Shown here: positions 20,959 to 32,543 of the stretch, one piece after another | Layout: every line of letters begins with the position of its first letter | Position numbering within the stretch: the first letter of the stretch is position 1 | Origin: an uncultured delta proteobacterium | GTDB lineage: Bacteria > Desulfobacterota > Binatia > UBA9968 | DNA length: 64,000 bases | Reading direction: 5' to 3' | Assembly: GCA_963745035.1 (NCBI GenBank) | Contig: CAVUVW010000013.1 | Coordinates: forward strand, 1,408,001-1,472,000 | Notes under the pieces: model-generated | The model's database searches: none | What the model was told of the DNA's origin: nothing | The model's input: only the letters and a program-made list of their open reading frames with translations | Made by a program: the position numbers and the translations under genes

Positions 20959-21900
20959 TTAATGCGCCTGGCTTTCTAAGAACTTTTCCGCATCGATCGC
21001 CGCCATGCATCCAGTGCCCGCTGCCGTGACCGCCTGGCGGTAGACGTAATCCTGCACATCGCCGCAGGCAAAAACCCCGGGCACGTTGGTCTTCGTGCCG
21101 TCATGGGTGATGATATAGCCGTTAGGGTTGAGATCCAATTGGCCCGTGAAAAGTTTGGAATTGGGCTCATGGCCGATGGCGATGAACACGCCGTCGATTT
21201 TGAAATCTTCGCTCTTGCCGGTTTTTAGATTCTTGAGTTTGACTCCTTTGACGCCGCCGGCCTTGGGATCGCCGTAGACTTCGTCCACCGTGCTGTCCCA
21301 AACAAACGATATTTTTGAGTTCTTTTCGGCGCGCTCCTGCATGATCTTGGAGGCGCGGAGCCTATCTCGTCGGTGAACGACATAGACTTTGGTTGCGAAC
21401 TTGGTGAGAAACGTCGCCTCTTCCATCGCCGTGTCGCCGCCTCCTACAACGATCAATTCCTTGTCTTTGAAGAAAAACCCGTCGCAGGTGGCGCACGCCG
21501 ATACCCCGTAGCCCATCAACTTCTTTTCCGATTCGAGCCCCAGGAGCTTGGCCGTCGCGCCGGTGGCAACGACGAGCGCATCGCAAGTGTACGCCTCCTT
21601 GCTTACCGTCAATGTGAACGGCCTTGTCTTAAGATCTACTGCAGTGACTTCACCGAAAATGATTTCCGTGCCGAAACGCACCGCCTGCTTTTTGAACTCT
21701 TCCATCAATTCCGGGCCCATGATTCCCTTGGGGAAGCCCGGATAGTTCTCGACGTCCGTGGTGATGGTTAATTGGCCGCCGGGCTGCGCGCCCTCAATAA
21801 CAAGCGGCGCCAGATTGGCGCGAGCAGCATAAATCGCCGCAGTCAATCCTGCGGCGCCCGAGCCGAGAATAATCACGCGATAGTGGCTTTTTTTATCCAT
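20959..21900 (-). CDS. trxB: Thioredoxin-disulfide reductase
   Basis: GSGAAG, GGQLTITTDVENYPG, CATCDG, GGGDTAMEEA, YRQAVTAAG. Confidence 0.97.
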   Translation of the reverse strand: MDKKSHYRVIILGSGAAGLTAAIYAARANLAPLVIEGAQPGGQLTITTDVENYPGFPKGIMGPELMEEFKKQAVRFGTEIIFGEVTAVDLKTRPFTLTVSKEAYTCDALVVATGATAKLLGLESEKKLMGYGVSACATCDGFFFKDKELIVVGGGDTAMEEATFLTKFATKVYVVHRRDRLRASKIMQERAEKNSKISFVWDSTVDEVYGDPKAGGVKGVKLKNLKTGKSEDFKIDGVFIAIGHEPNSKLFTGQLDLNPNGYIITHDGTKTNVPGVFACGDVQDYVYRQAVTAAGTGCMAAIDAEKFLESQAH

Positions 21901-22006
21901 GAGGTTTCTGTAACATAAATTCGCAATGGCAAAAAGCAAGGTGGTTCTTGCTTGCAAGCGCTACGTGGCTTCCGCATCGAAGTTGGTTTTTGAAAGCAGG
22001 TTACTC

Positions 22007-22486
22007 ATGGAAAAGCTCAGCCATTTGGATGAACAAGGACGCGCCCGTATGGTCGATGTCAGCGAAAAAGAAGTCACCAGCAGGACCGCGGTGGCGCGGG
22101 GAGCGATTCACATGCGCCCCGAAACCTTGGCGCTGATCTTGGAAAGCAAAATCGAGAAAGGCGACGTCTTTTCGGTCGCGCGCGTGGCCGGCATCATGGC
22201 CGCAAAAAAGACTTCGGAGCTGATTCCCATGTGCCATCCGCTCAATATCACCTCTGTGGAAATCGAGCTCACACCGCAGGAAACTCCAGCGCGAGTCGAC
22301 ATCGAAGCGCTCGTCCGTGTGAGCGGCAAGACCGGCGTGGAAATGGAAGCTTTGACGGCAGTCTCCGCGACGGGCCTGACGATCTACGACATGTGCAAGG
22401 CCGTCGATCGCGAAATGACCATCGGCGAAATCCGGCTAGTCAAAAAAAGCGGCGGCAAGAGCGGCACGTTTATCAGGAAAGAATAG
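22007..22486 (+). CDS. moaC: Cyclic pyranopterin monophosphate synthase
   Basis: [39 protein letters not shown]. Confidence 0.97.
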   Translation: MEKLSHLDEQGRARMVDVSEKEVTSRTAVARGAIHMRPETLALILESKIEKGDVFSVARVAGIMAAKKTSELIPMCHPLNITSVEIELTPQETPARVDIEALVRVSGKTGVEMEALTAVSATGLTIYDMCKAVDREMTIGEIRLVKKSGGKSGTFIRKE

Positions 22487-22560
22487 GCGTGAGCGAAGGG
22501 CGCGAGGCGCGAGTTCGATCTACGCCTATTTACCTCTCGCCCGGCGCTTCATCGGGCACC

Positions 22561-23737
22561 GTGCAAAAAATCTACCTCAAGCAAGGCCGGGAGCGTCCCG
22601 TGCTCAACGGCCATCCCTGGATATTTTCCGGAGCGGTTGAAAGAATCGAAGGCGACGTGGAATCGGTCGGCATCGCCGACGTCTTCGATAGCAAAAAGAA
22701 CTGGCTTGCCCGCGGTTTTTACAATCCCAAATCACAGATTCGCGTTCGGCTGCTCACCTGGCAGAAAGAAGACATCGACGGCGACTTCTTCGCGGGCCGG
22801 ATCCGCCATGCGCTCGCGATGAGGCAGGTCAATCTATCCGCCTCGACGAACGCCTACCGCATTGTCAACGGCGAAGGTGATTTCCTGCCGGGATTGATCG
22901 TCGATCGCTACGGGGATTTTCTGGTTTGCCAGTTTTTTACGGCAGGCATGGCCCGGTTCAAAGACGACATCGTCGAATCTCTCGGCGTATTGTTTCCGAC
23001 GGCGGGCATTTTTGAGCGCAGCGAAGGGCGCGTCGGCGGTGAAGAGGGACTGGATGCGGCGGTTGGAGCTTTTGAGCGGCGAAGCGCCGCCCGAAGCCAT
23101 CCAGATTGAAGAAAACAGCTATAAATTTCTCGTCGATATCCGGCGCGGGCAGAAAACCGGCTTCTTTCTCGACCAACGAGATAGTCGCGCTTTCTTATCG
23201 ACCTTGGCACGGGCACGAACCGTCTTGAACTGTTTTTCGTTTACCGGCGCCTTCTCGGTTTACGCTTTCGGCGGCGGCGCAAAAGAAGTTGTGACTTTGG
23301 ATTCGTCGATGGCTGCATTGCAGCTCGCCGAAAAAAATCTGGAGTTAAACGGCTTCGCTGAAGCGCCGGGAGAGCTTCTGAAGGGCGATGCTTTCGCCTA
23401 TTTGAAGGAGATCGACCGAAAATTCGACGTGATCGTCCTGGACCCGCCCTCCCTCGCGCACAAGCGCAGCGACATAGACGCGGCCACCGGCGGATATAAG
23501 TTTCTCAACCTGCACGCCCTCAGGCACCTAAACCCCGGCGGTTCGCTCCTCACGTTCTCCTGCTCTCAACATCTTTCCATCGATTTGTTCCAAAAAGTCA
23601 TCTTCGGCGCCGCCGTCGACGCAGGGCGCAAGATCACCGTCTTCAGACGACTGAGCCAGCCTCTGGATCACCCATTCAGCCTGCATCACCCCGAGGGCGA
23701 GTACCTGAAGGGACTTGCGCTCACTGCATTGGACTAA
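22561..23737 (+). CDS. rlmI: RlmI-like SAM-dependent rRNA methyltransferase, frameshift near 23070
   Basis: GHPWIFSG, EGDFLPGLIVDRY, then in the next frame GQKTGFFLDQR, FDVIVLDPP, TFSCS, EGEYLK. Confidence 0.88.
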
Positions 23738-23792
23738 GCCGGGCACGTTGTGGTAGACGGGTTTGCCGCGGCTGGCGAAGCCGACGAGACGC

Positions 23793-24485
23793 ATGGCATC
23801 TTATCAAACGATCAAGGACTGGCCTGAGGAAGACCGGCCGCGGGAAAAGCTGCTCGCCAAGGGCGCGCAGGCGCTTAGCGAAGCCGAGTTGCTCGCTATC
23901 ATTTTGAGAAACGGCAACGCCAGCACCGGTGAAAGCGCGCTCGATCACGCCCGCGGACTGCTGAACGATTTCGGCGGTCTCAAGGGCATCGAGGATGCAG
24001 CGGCCGGCGAGCTGGCCAAGGTCAAAGGCATCGGTCCGGCAAAGGTGGCGCAAATCAAAGCCTGTCTGGAGATCGCCCGGCGGGTTGGCAGCCAAAAGTG
24101 GGAAACCGGCCAGCCGCTCCGTTCCTCGGAGGACGTTTTTCATCATTTCCGGGAAAATCTCGGCAGAGAAATGCGCGAGCTTTTCTATGTGGTGCTGCTC
24201 AACAACAAAAACCGGAAAATTCGCGAGGTTAAAATCTCCGAAGGCTCGCTCACGGCCTCCCTCGTCCACCCGCGCGAAGTTTTTAACCCGGTTATCCGCG
24301 AATCTGCCGCCGCCGTGATTTTCGTACACAATCACCCAAGCGGCGATCCCGCACCGAGCCCGGAAGATGTGGACATCACCCGCCGGCTCAAGGAAGTCGG
24401 CGACGTCATGGGCGTGCGCGTCCTCGATCACGTGGTGATCGGCCATGACCGCTTCTTTAGCTTCAACGATAAGGGAATGCTCTAG
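23793..24485 (+). CDS. radC: RadC family JAB-domain protein (full length)
   Basis: RPREKLL, GIGPAK helix-hairpin-helix, VHPREVF, HNHPSGD, VLDHVVIG. Confidence 0.95.
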   Translation: MASYQTIKDWPEEDRPREKLLAKGAQALSEAELLAIILRNGNASTGESALDHARGLLNDFGGLKGIEDAAAGELAKVKGIGPAKVAQIKACLEIARRVGSQKWETGQPLRSSEDVFHHFRENLGREMRELFYVVLLNNKNRKIREVKISEGSLTASLVHPREVFNPVIRESAAAVIFVHNHPSGDPAPSPEDVDITRRLKEVGDVMGVRVLDHVVIGHDRFFSFNDKGML

Positions 24486-24563
24486 GCCGCGTGCCCGACG
24501 CCATGCCGACTGGGCGTCCCGGTCGTTTGCCGTAGTCAAAACTTACCTCCCAACGGAAATTTA

Positions 24564-24592
24564 TTGACATCGCCGCAAGCGCCGTTTATTCT
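24564..24592 (+). promoter_or_regulatory. Sigma70-type promoter
   Basis: TTGACA-N17-TATTCT ending 47 bp upstream of the M23 gene start. Confidence 0.65.
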
Positions 24593-24639
24593 CGCACAAG
24601 AATTATTCCGCGACCGCATCTTCTCGCATTGTCTCAAGC

Positions 24640-26072
24640 ATGAGCGCGCTCGAATTCGGCAAGCCCAAAAGACGGTTTGTGCCCGCCGGCGGCATCCTGC
24701 TCGCCCTGCTCGTAGTGCTTTTGATCGGCGGTGGCTACTGGCTGCTGCCGCGATTCGAATGGCACAAGCCGCAGCTCAAGATCACCCCTGATAGCGACAC
24801 TCTCGGTCTTGGCGCTCTTACCATCGAAGCAAGCGACCGTGGAACCGGCTTGAAGACGTTCAGCGCGACCCTCAATTCCGCCGGCGCGGATTTCCCGTTG
24901 GTTTCAGAGCAATACACCGAGCCGGTGATGCAGAAAAACTTCACCGTAACGCTTTCCTCCAAGCTCACGGGACTCAAGGAAGGTCCGGCGGTGCTCCGCG
25001 TGAGCGCGCGGGACCGCTCGCTCTGGAGTTTTTTTCGCGGCAATGAGACTTCAGTTCAGAAAAACGTCACCATCGACATCACCCCGCCTACTCTCGAGCT
25101 CATCGCCGACGATCGCTACGTGAACTTCGGCGGCGTCGGCGCCATCGTCTACAAGCCGTCGGCCGACACCGTAAGCACCGGGGTCAAGATCGGCAATTAC
25201 TTTTTTCCGGGGTACAAAGGACAGATCAAGGATCGTCCGGATTACTTTCTTGCTTTCTTCGCGCATCCCTATAACGTCGCCGAAGACCAACGCGCGATGA
25301 TCGTCGCATCCGACAAGGCCGGCAACACGCGAGAGAACTGAGACTCGTCTATGAGCTCAAGAACGTAAAATACAAGAAGAGCACGATCCCGATCTCGGAT
25401 GAGTTCATCGCCGCGAAAGTTGCGCCGCTGTTAAACGACGTGGGCGCGCGCCAGGCAAGCCCGAAAGACGTTTTTATCAAAGTGAATCGTGATCTCAGGA
25501 AAGAGAATGACGCTAAAATCAGAGCGATCACGATGAAGCAAACGCCCTCAATGCACTGGCAAGGCGCCTTCAGCCAGCTCAGCAACTCCAAAGTCGAAGC
25601 CAATTTCGCCGACGCTCGGACCTACATGTACAAGGACGCGGTGATCGATAACGCCTATCACCTAGGCTACGACCTTTCCGTAACCAAGCACTATGCCGCG
25701 GAGGCCGCCCATCACGGCGTCGTTGCCTTTGTCGGCGATCTCGGGATTTACGGCAACACCGTGGTCATCGATCATGGCCTGGGGCTTTTTACGTTGTACT
25801 CCCATCTGAGTTCCATCGACGTGAAGGCCGGCGATCAGGTGAAACAGCGACAGCCCCTAGGTAAGACAGGGGAAACCGGCCTGGCGGCTGGAGACCATCT
25901 CCACTTTGGCGTGTATCTACACGGCGTTCCTATCTTGCCCGTCGAGTGGTGGGACGAAAAATGGATCCGCGATAACGTCCAGCCCAAGCTCGAAGGCCAG
26001 TCCAGCGAGGCGGCAGCCGAGGCCAAGGATTCCAAGTCCGTGAGCAGGGCCGTCCGAAAGAAAAAACGCTAG
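24640..26072 (+). CDS. Membrane-anchored M23 family metallopeptidase, frameshift near 25340
   Basis: N-terminal TM helix; HLGYD, YGNTVVIDHG, YSHL, GDHLHFG. Confidence 0.88.
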
Positions 26073-26137
26073 GCAGCCGCAGCACTCGCGCTAAATCATC
26101 GATCCCACCTAAACCTGCGCGTTCTGAACGTCTTCCG

Positions 26138-27547
26138 ATGACTTCCTCCACGCGCTCAGGCCAAACCATTACCGTTGAGTTGTCCGAATTCATCGCGCGC
26201 ACCTCGATCAAGAGCATACCGCGTGAGGTAAGAGATGAAGCCAAGCTTCATCTCCTCGACGGCTTGGCAAACATGCTCGGCGGCGCCAAGGAGGAGTCGA
26301 GTCGGATTCTCCGCCGCCATTACTCCACACCGCTTAAGAACGCCGGCGCGAGCGTGCTCGGCTCGGGGAAAAAATTTTCCGCCGAACATGCGGCGCTGAT
26401 AAACGGCCTTCAAGGCCACGTGCTCGACTACGATGACGCGCAGCTAACGACGTTGGCTTCACGGCCGATGGGGCAGCAGGTCCACCCGACGGCTCCCGTG
26501 CTTGCCGCAGCTCTTGCGCTGGCAGAAGACCGGCAGCTATCGGGCGCGAAGCTCCTCGCCTCCTATATCGTCGGCATCGAGGTCGCCTCCCGTCTGGGGG
26601 ACGCCGTGGATCCAAGCCATTATCTGGACGGCTTACACCCCACGGGCACGCTCGGTGTTTTCGGCGCCGCCGGGGCTTGCGCCCATCTGCTGAGACTTAA
26701 CCCGACATCGACGCGCCAAGCGCTCGGCATCGCGGGCACCTTCGCGTCGGGGCTCCGCGCTCATCGGGGCACCATGGCCAAGGGACTCAACGCCGGGCAT
26801 GCCGCCCGGAATGGCGTGCTCGCCGCGACCTTGGCTGCCGGGGGGTTCACTGCATCACAAAACGTCTTCGAAGATCCCATGGGATTTTTTCCTGCCATGT
26901 GCCGCAGCGGGGTCGACTTGGACCTCTTGCGCTTCGGCGATCCATTCTTTTTGGCCAAACCCGGCGTGGCGCTGAAGCTCTATCCCTGCGCGGGCGTGCT
27001 CCATCCGGCGTTGGACCTGACTCTCAATTTGCGCCGGCGGCACGGCATCGCGGCAAGTGCTGTTGAGCGAATTCGGGTGACTCTCGATGAAAAAGCCGCG
27101 CTGCCGCTGGTCTACGACGCTCCCAAGAATGCGCTCCAAGCAAAATTCAGCCTGAAGTTCGCCGTCGCGGCCGCGGTCGTCGACGGTGCAGCCGGACTGA
27201 AGCAATTTTCGGATGAACGCGTGCGTGATCCCAAAATTTCTCATTTGATGAACCGGATCGAGTTCATTCGAAGACCGGCCGCGAAGCAGAAGCCCGCAAT
27301 CGGCATCGACACCGAGATCGAGATAGCCCTCAAGATAGGTGCCAAGCATCGCGCCCGCGCTTCGGTCGCGCGCGGCCATCCCCAGCAGCCCGCCTCCCGC
27401 GCCGACATCGAAGAAAAATTTCGCCAGTGCGCCGGCGGCGTCTTGCCACAGAAAAAAGTCGGCAAGTTCCTAGAGAATTTTTCCACCCTGGAGCGTGCTC
27501 CCTCGCTCAGGGCGTGGCTCGGCCCACTGCGGCTCTCGCGGCGTTGA
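26138..27547 (+). CDS. MmgE/PrpD family protein
   Basis: GHVLDYDD, HPTGTLG, GTMAKGLNAG, KLYPC, AKFSL. Confidence 0.92.
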   Translation: MTSSTRSGQTITVELSEFIARTSIKSIPREVRDEAKLHLLDGLANMLGGAKEESSRILRRHYSTPLKNAGASVLGSGKKFSAEHAALINGLQGHVLDYDDAQLTTLASRPMGQQVHPTAPVLAAALALAEDRQLSGAKLLASYIVGIEVASRLGDAVDPSHYLDGLHPTGTLGVFGAAGACAHLLRLNPTSTRQALGIAGTFASGLRAHRGTMAKGLNAGHAARNGVLAATLAAGGFTASQNVFEDPMGFFPAMCRSGVDLDLLRFGDPFFLAKPGVALKLYPCAGVLHPALDLTLNLRRRHGIAASAVERIRVTLDEKAALPLVYDAPKNALQAKFSLKFAVAAAVVDGAAGLKQFSDERVRDPKISHLMNRIEFIRRPAAKQKPAIGIDTEIEIALKIGAKHRARASVARGHPQQPASRADIEEKFRQCAGGVLPQKKVGKFLENFSTLERAPSLRAWLGPLRLSRR

Positions 27548-27604
27548 CTTTCGAACGGCCGGGCGGGATAGATGGCGTAACGCACATTTTGGAGGAACCC
27601 GATT

Positions 27605-28307
27605 ATGCGCATCGTCGATCTCAGCATGACCGTGGAGGAATGCGATTCGGCCCCATTCGCTCCCGAGGAAAAGTATTTCAAGCTGAAGCCGATCATCAGA
27701 TGGGAAGAGAAGGGTTTCGTGTCCAATATAGTCGAGATGACGGTCCACGCCGGCACTCATATCGATTCGCCGCATCATTTTTTTCGCGACAAACCATCCA
27801 TTGAGCAGCTGCCGCTCGAACCCATGATGGCGAAGGCGATCGTCTTAGACCTGACCAGCAAGGGAAAGGCCCACGCGCGCATTACACCAGAAGACCTGAT
27901 CGAAGCCGAAACCAAACTCAAGCAACAAGGCATCGAGATCCCGGAAGGCGCTATGCTTCTCCTCCGAACCGACTGGCCCAAGGGACACGACACGACCGAT
28001 CCCAAATGGTGGAATGATTCGCCATGTCTCACCAAGGAAGCGGCGGAATGGGTCGTCGCCAAAAAGCCGTCCGTGGTCGGCTATCGACTTCGCCCAAGAA
28101 GAGAAGGGCTCGGATTATCAAAAAGCCGACGAGATTCTCGGGAGCGCAATGCGCGTGCATCGGACCATTTTGCCGAGAGTCACCTTTCAGATCGAAAACC
28201 TAATCAATCTCGACCAGATCGGTTCCACGGCTCAGGTCCTTGCATTGCCGGCCAAGTGGAAGACCGAGTCTGCGCCGGCGCGCGTGATCGCGATCCTCGA
28301 CAACTGA
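27605..28307 (+). CDS. Cyclase (kynurenine formamidase-like) metallohydrolase, frameshift near 28085
   Basis: HAGTHIDSP metal motif, LLRTDW, then VHRTIL...IENL and APARVIA in the second frame. Confidence 0.88.
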
Positions 28308-28318
28308 TCCGAGCCGAC

Positions 28319-29312
28319 ATGAAAGCGGTTCGCGTTCATGAAGCTCGGCGGGCCGGAAGTGCTCCGCTATGAGGAAGTTTCCGACCCGAAGCCGGCGGCG
28401 GGCGAAGCTTTGGTCAAGATCGAAGCGGCCGGCGTCAACTTTCTCGATATCTATTATCGCTCGGGCTTTCATTGGGGCGGTCATCACCGCCGTCCACTGC
28501 CGTACATTCCCGGCGCCGAAGCGGCGGGAACCGTTGTCGCATTAGGCGACGGCGTGAATGGCGTCAAAGTCAGCGACCGCGTCGCCTACGGCATATCCAA
28601 CGGCTCCGGCTCCTACGCCGAGCTCTACAACGTGCCAAGTTGGCACTTGTTCCGGTTGCCGCAGTCCGTTGACTTCCCAACTGCCGCCGCCGTGATGCTT
28701 CAAGGCATGACCGCGCACTATCTGACCCACAGCACCTACGCGGTGAAACCGAACGACGCCGTGCTCGTCCACGCCGCCGCCGGCGGCACAGGCTTGCTAC
28801 TAGTTCAGATCGCAAAGATGCTCGGCGCGCGAGTCATCGGCACCGTCGTCGACCGATGAGAAAGCGGAGCTTGCCCTTAAAGCGGGAGCGGATGCGACGA
28901 TCAATTATACGCAGCAAGATTTCGCCGCTGAAGTAAGAAAGCTCACCGGCGGCAAGGGCGTTAACGTCGTTTACGATTCGGTGGGAAAAGACACGTACGA
29001 AAAAAGTCTCGATTCACTGAGGCCGCTCGGAATGCTTGTCATTTTCGGCCAGGCGAGCGGCCCTGTGCCGCCGTTCGACACCGCCGTACTCAACGCCAAA
29101 GGATCGCTATCGCTTGGCCCGACCAAGCCTCACCCACAATGTCGCGAGCCATGCCGATGTCGCCTGGCGCGCCGGTGATTTGTTCCGCTGGATCGAAGCA
29201 GGAAAGCTCCATGTGAGAATCGGCTAAGACTTTTTCCTTGTCCGAGGCCGCCGAAGCGCATCGCGAGATGGAATCGCGCCGGTCCACCGGCAAGCTCATC
29301 CTGCGGCCATAA
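28319..29312 (+). CDS. qor: NADPH:quinone oxidoreductase (MDR family), several frameshifts
   Basis: [58 protein letters not shown]. Confidence 0.88.
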
Positions 29313-29317
29313 AACAA

Positions 29318-30037
29318 ATGTACGGTTGGCGCGCAAAGATCGGCCGCATCTCCCCTTCCCCAGAGACCGTCGGCTGCGAGGAATGGCGCCGCGCCATGCC
29401 CGACGGCGTCTGCCTGGTCGAGACACGGACCCTCTTGCACGATGTCACCGTCGAAGGACTGGCCGAAACCGTGAAGCAGGTGGAGCGCGCCGCTCTGGAG
29501 CTCGCTTCGGCCGAAGTCGATGTCATTCTTCAGGCCGGCACCGCCATCGCGTTTTTCCGCGGCTTCGGCCATGACCAGGAGCTAAGCCGCCGCATCACGG
29601 CAGCGACCGGCATCAAGGCCACCACATCGCTCACCGCCGTCGTCGAAGCGCTGCGCGTCCTCGGCATCAAACGACCGGCAATCGCGACCTCGTATCTCGC
29701 CGATATCGATGCGCGGCTCGCCGATGTGCTACGGCAGTCCGATTTTACAGTCGCCGCGATTCGTGGCATGGGACTTAAACGCAGCATCGATATGGGCAAA
29801 GTCATGCCCGATGAAACTTACCGGCTCGCGCGTGAGGTCGCGATCTCCGTGCCGGATGCCGATGGGATTTTCATCTCTTGTGGCAATCTCCGGAGCTTCG
29901 AAGCGATCGAGCGGCTGGAAGAAGATACTAATTTGCCGGTCGTGACCAGCAATCAGGCGGGTTTGTGGCTGGCGCTGAGGATGGCCGGCATCGAAGATAA
30001 ATTACCCAGCCTGGGACGGCTCTTGCGCGACTATTGA
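29318..30037 (+). CDS. Asp/Glu racemase superfamily protein, arylmalonate decarboxylase/maleate isomerase-like
   Basis: QAGTAIAFFRG, ALRVLGIKR, DGIFISCGNL, PVVTSNQA. Confidence 0.85.
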   Translation: MYGWRAKIGRISPSPETVGCEEWRRAMPDGVCLVETRTLLHDVTVEGLAETVKQVERAALELASAEVDVILQAGTAIAFFRGFGHDQELSRRITAATGIKATTSLTAVVEALRVLGIKRPAIATSYLADIDARLADVLRQSDFTVAAIRGMGLKRSIDMGKVMPDETYRLAREVAISVPDADGIFISCGNLRSFEAIERLEEDTNLPVVTSNQAGLWLALRMAGIEDKLPSLGRLLRDY

Positions 30038-30055
30038 GCGGGAAGCTTGCTCCAG

Positions 30056-31141
30056 CTACGAGTGCTCATCCTGAGAAAACCACTCCGTCGGCAACTCTCT
30101 TCCTAAACCACGCGCTTTTGCGAGCTCGTAGACTCTCGCCGCGGCGGCGGAGAACTGAAGGCCAAGCCCCAAATGATTCAGCATGCAAGTCACGTCGGCA
30201 TCGCGCTTTCGCCCCGTCGCCATGCCCGCCATGATTTCTGATAACTCGGGTTTGTCGCGCCAGTCGGCGGCGGTTTTTTCCAGCTCCACGCGCCCGTAGT
30301 CGCCCTTGCCGAATTCGGGAACTTTGGTTTCCTCGCCGGGGAGCGTAAAGAGCTTCGCCGCCTCGCGCGTCGATACCGCGATCAGGTCGCAGCGCACCAG
30401 CGCATCGAGCATGAGCTCGCTCGGCCGCACGGTCGTGATATGCATGCCGTCGCTGATCCACGAAGCCGGGAAAAACGGGTCGAGCGCATTGGTCGCAAGC
30501 GAAACGATGTCCGCCCCTAGGGCGGCTTCTTTCGGAGACGAAACGGCCCGCACGGTTGCATCGGTGCCGGCGCTCATCTTGGTAACGAAAGCATCGCGAT
30601 TTTTTTTCGTTGGGCTAAAGACCCGCACTTCTTTGATCGGCAACACCTTGCATATCGCCGTTAGGGCCGGCCCGGCCTGCCACCCGGAACCGTAGAGGGC
30701 CATCACCGAGGAATCCTTGCGCGCCAGATACTTCGCCGAGAGCGCGTTGGTGACGCCGACGCGGATCGCCTGCATGAGCCCGTCGGGAAAAATAGCCAGA
30801 AGCTCTCCCGTCGCCGTGCTGAAAACGAGCACAAGGCCGACATATCTGCCGCCCATCGCCAGCGGAACTTTTACCCGGCGCTGCCGCCCATCAATCATCG
30901 GCCAGGTGAGAACATCAGAAGTCAGCCTCAAGGTCGTCACGCCGGCGCGCGGCAGCGACGCGCAGGAAGTCTTGAGTCCGTGATAGCTTTGGTGAAGCGG
31001 GCCCGGCACGAGCAGATCCTGGCGCGGCATGTTGACCGCGCGGCCGCTTCCCAAGTCGAGCAGGGCCGGCTCGAGCGCGTTGAAGCACTCCTCGAGAGTG
31101 AAAATACTCTCGATTTCTTCATTCGTGAGAATGAGAGTCAT
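30056..31141 (-). CDS. Ornithine cyclodeaminase/mu-crystallin family protein
   Basis: TGELLAIFPDG, RVGVT, GSGWQA, NHLGLGLQF. Confidence 0.88.
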   Translation of the reverse strand: MTLILTNEEIESIFTLEECFNALEPALLDLGSGRAVNMPRQDLLVPGPLHQSYHGLKTSCASLPRAGVTTLRLTSDVLTWPMIDGRQRRVKVPLAMGGRYVGLVLVFSTATGELLAIFPDGLMQAIRVGVTNALSAKYLARKDSSVMALYGSGWQAGPALTAICKVLPIKEVRVFSPTKKNRDAFVTKMSAGTDATVRAVSSPKEAALGADIVSLATNALDPFFPASWISDGMHITTVRPSELMLDALVRCDLIAVSTREAAKLFTLPGEETKVPEFGKGDYGRVELEKTAADWRDKPELSEIMAGMATGRKRDADVTCMLNHLGLGLQFSAAAARVYELAKARGLGRELPTEWFSQDEHS

Positions 31142-31163
31142 AGCTTGGGCAACTCGGCGAGAT

Positions 31164-32393
31164 TTAAGATCGTGCGTGCTTGAGCAGCACCGAAGTCAGG
31201 ACCGCGGCGATGAGCGGAAACAAGGCAATAGCGTTGAGCGCCGCGGGCAAGCCGTACACGTCCGCGATCACGCCGGCCAGAATGGGCGCAAGAAAAGAGA
31301 CGCTCATGTTGGCGCCGTAAATGAATGCGACGATGCTGCCGGAGAGGTTTTGCGGCGCGGAAGACATCGCCGCGGAAACGATCACGGGTCGGAGCGCCCA
31401 GAGGAGAGCGCCGAGTGCACCCATGCCGGCGCCGAGCATGAGCCCGGGGCCGAGATGCGGGATCGCGACGATTGTAACCGCGCTCAGCAGAGAAAATATC
31501 ACGATCAGGCGCTTGTGGCCGAAGCGATCGGAAATCCAACCGACCACCGCGGGAGCCATTCCTGCGAACAGGAACAGCACCGATATGTACGCGCCGGCAA
31601 CGCCCGCCGAGAGCTGCAAATGCAAGGAAAGATAGAGCGGCAAGAAAACGGCAAGAGCCGTCTGCCCCATTGCTCGCAGGGTTGAAACCACGACCAGGCC
31701 GAAGATCGCTTTATTTCGAAGCACGTCGTTCCAAACGGCCTTGCCGTAGTCGCGAGCGCGCGGTACAGGCAAACCGCCCTCGGCGCCGAACAGCATGTAA
31801 AGCCCGCCGATCACGATCCCCGGAATTGCCCAGATTTGCAGCACCGTGCGCCAGTCGAAGAAACTCAGCAAAAGGCCGATGGCGAGCGGTCCGACCACCT
31901 CGCCTAGGTTGGCGCTGCTGTCGTGAACGCCGAGCGCAAAAGCTTTTTGCTGACGATATTTCGCCGATAAGATCGCCAAAGACTGCGGGTGAAACCAACC
32001 GCCGCCGAAGCCCGCCAGGGCCATGAAAATCAGCAGAGCAGGAAACGTCGTTGACGCGCTCAATCCGAATGTAGCAATGCCGATCAGAGCGATACAGATT
32101 CCGAGCAAGACGCTGCGGCGGCGCGCCAGATCGGCGAAAAATCCCGAAGGGAAGCTCGCCACCCCGGCCAACAATGTGCGCGCCGAGGCGAGCGCGCCCG
32201 CCTGCGCAAGGCTCAAACCCAAAGACGCGGTGATCAGCGGCAGGATGACCGCGATCACGGCGTTGAAAAGGTGCTCGGTCATGTGCGCCGCGGAGTTTGC
32301 CGCCAATCTCCCCCAGACGGCGCTGGGCGCGGCTACCGGTTGAACATTCTCGATTTTCGACATTGCAAATTTAGAGGCGGTCTTTGAATCCAT
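31164..32393 (-). CDS. MFS transporter
   Basis: About 12 hydrophobic segments; GFFADLARRR and GWISDRFGHKR (motif A). Confidence 0.92.
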   Translation of the reverse strand: MDSKTASKFAMSKIENVQPVAAPSAVWGRLAANSAAHMTEHLFNAVIAVILPLITASLGLSLAQAGALASARTLLAGVASFPSGFFADLARRRSVLLGICIALIGIATFGLSASTTFPALLIFMALAGFGGGWFHPQSLAILSAKYRQQKAFALGVHDSSANLGEVVGPLAIGLLLSFFDWRTVLQIWAIPGIVIGGLYMLFGAEGGLPVPRARDYGKAVWNDVLRNKAIFGLVVVSTLRAMGQTALAVFLPLYLSLHLQLSAGVAGAYISVLFLFAGMAPAVVGWISDRFGHKRLIVIFSLLSAVTIVAIPHLGPGLMLGAGMGALGALLWALRPVIVSAAMSSAPQNLSGSIVAFIYGANMSVSFLAPILAGVIADVYGLPAALNAIALFPLIAAVLTSVLLKHARS

Positions 32394-32543
32394 ATGCGGA
32401 TTTTACGGTCTTCGCAAGGTTGCGGGCGCAGGGAAGATCATTTTGGCAAATCCGCGCCGACGTGGCGAGAATTCGCTTGATGTGAGCCGTCATCCAAAAT
32501 GAAAGATCTGCTATTGAATGCGCCGTCCGAGGAACGCCTCACG

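Noticed and set aside
23793-24485. radC as marker of a mobile element
   Set aside because: Full-length chromosomal type among housekeeping genes; no integrase or transposase nearby.
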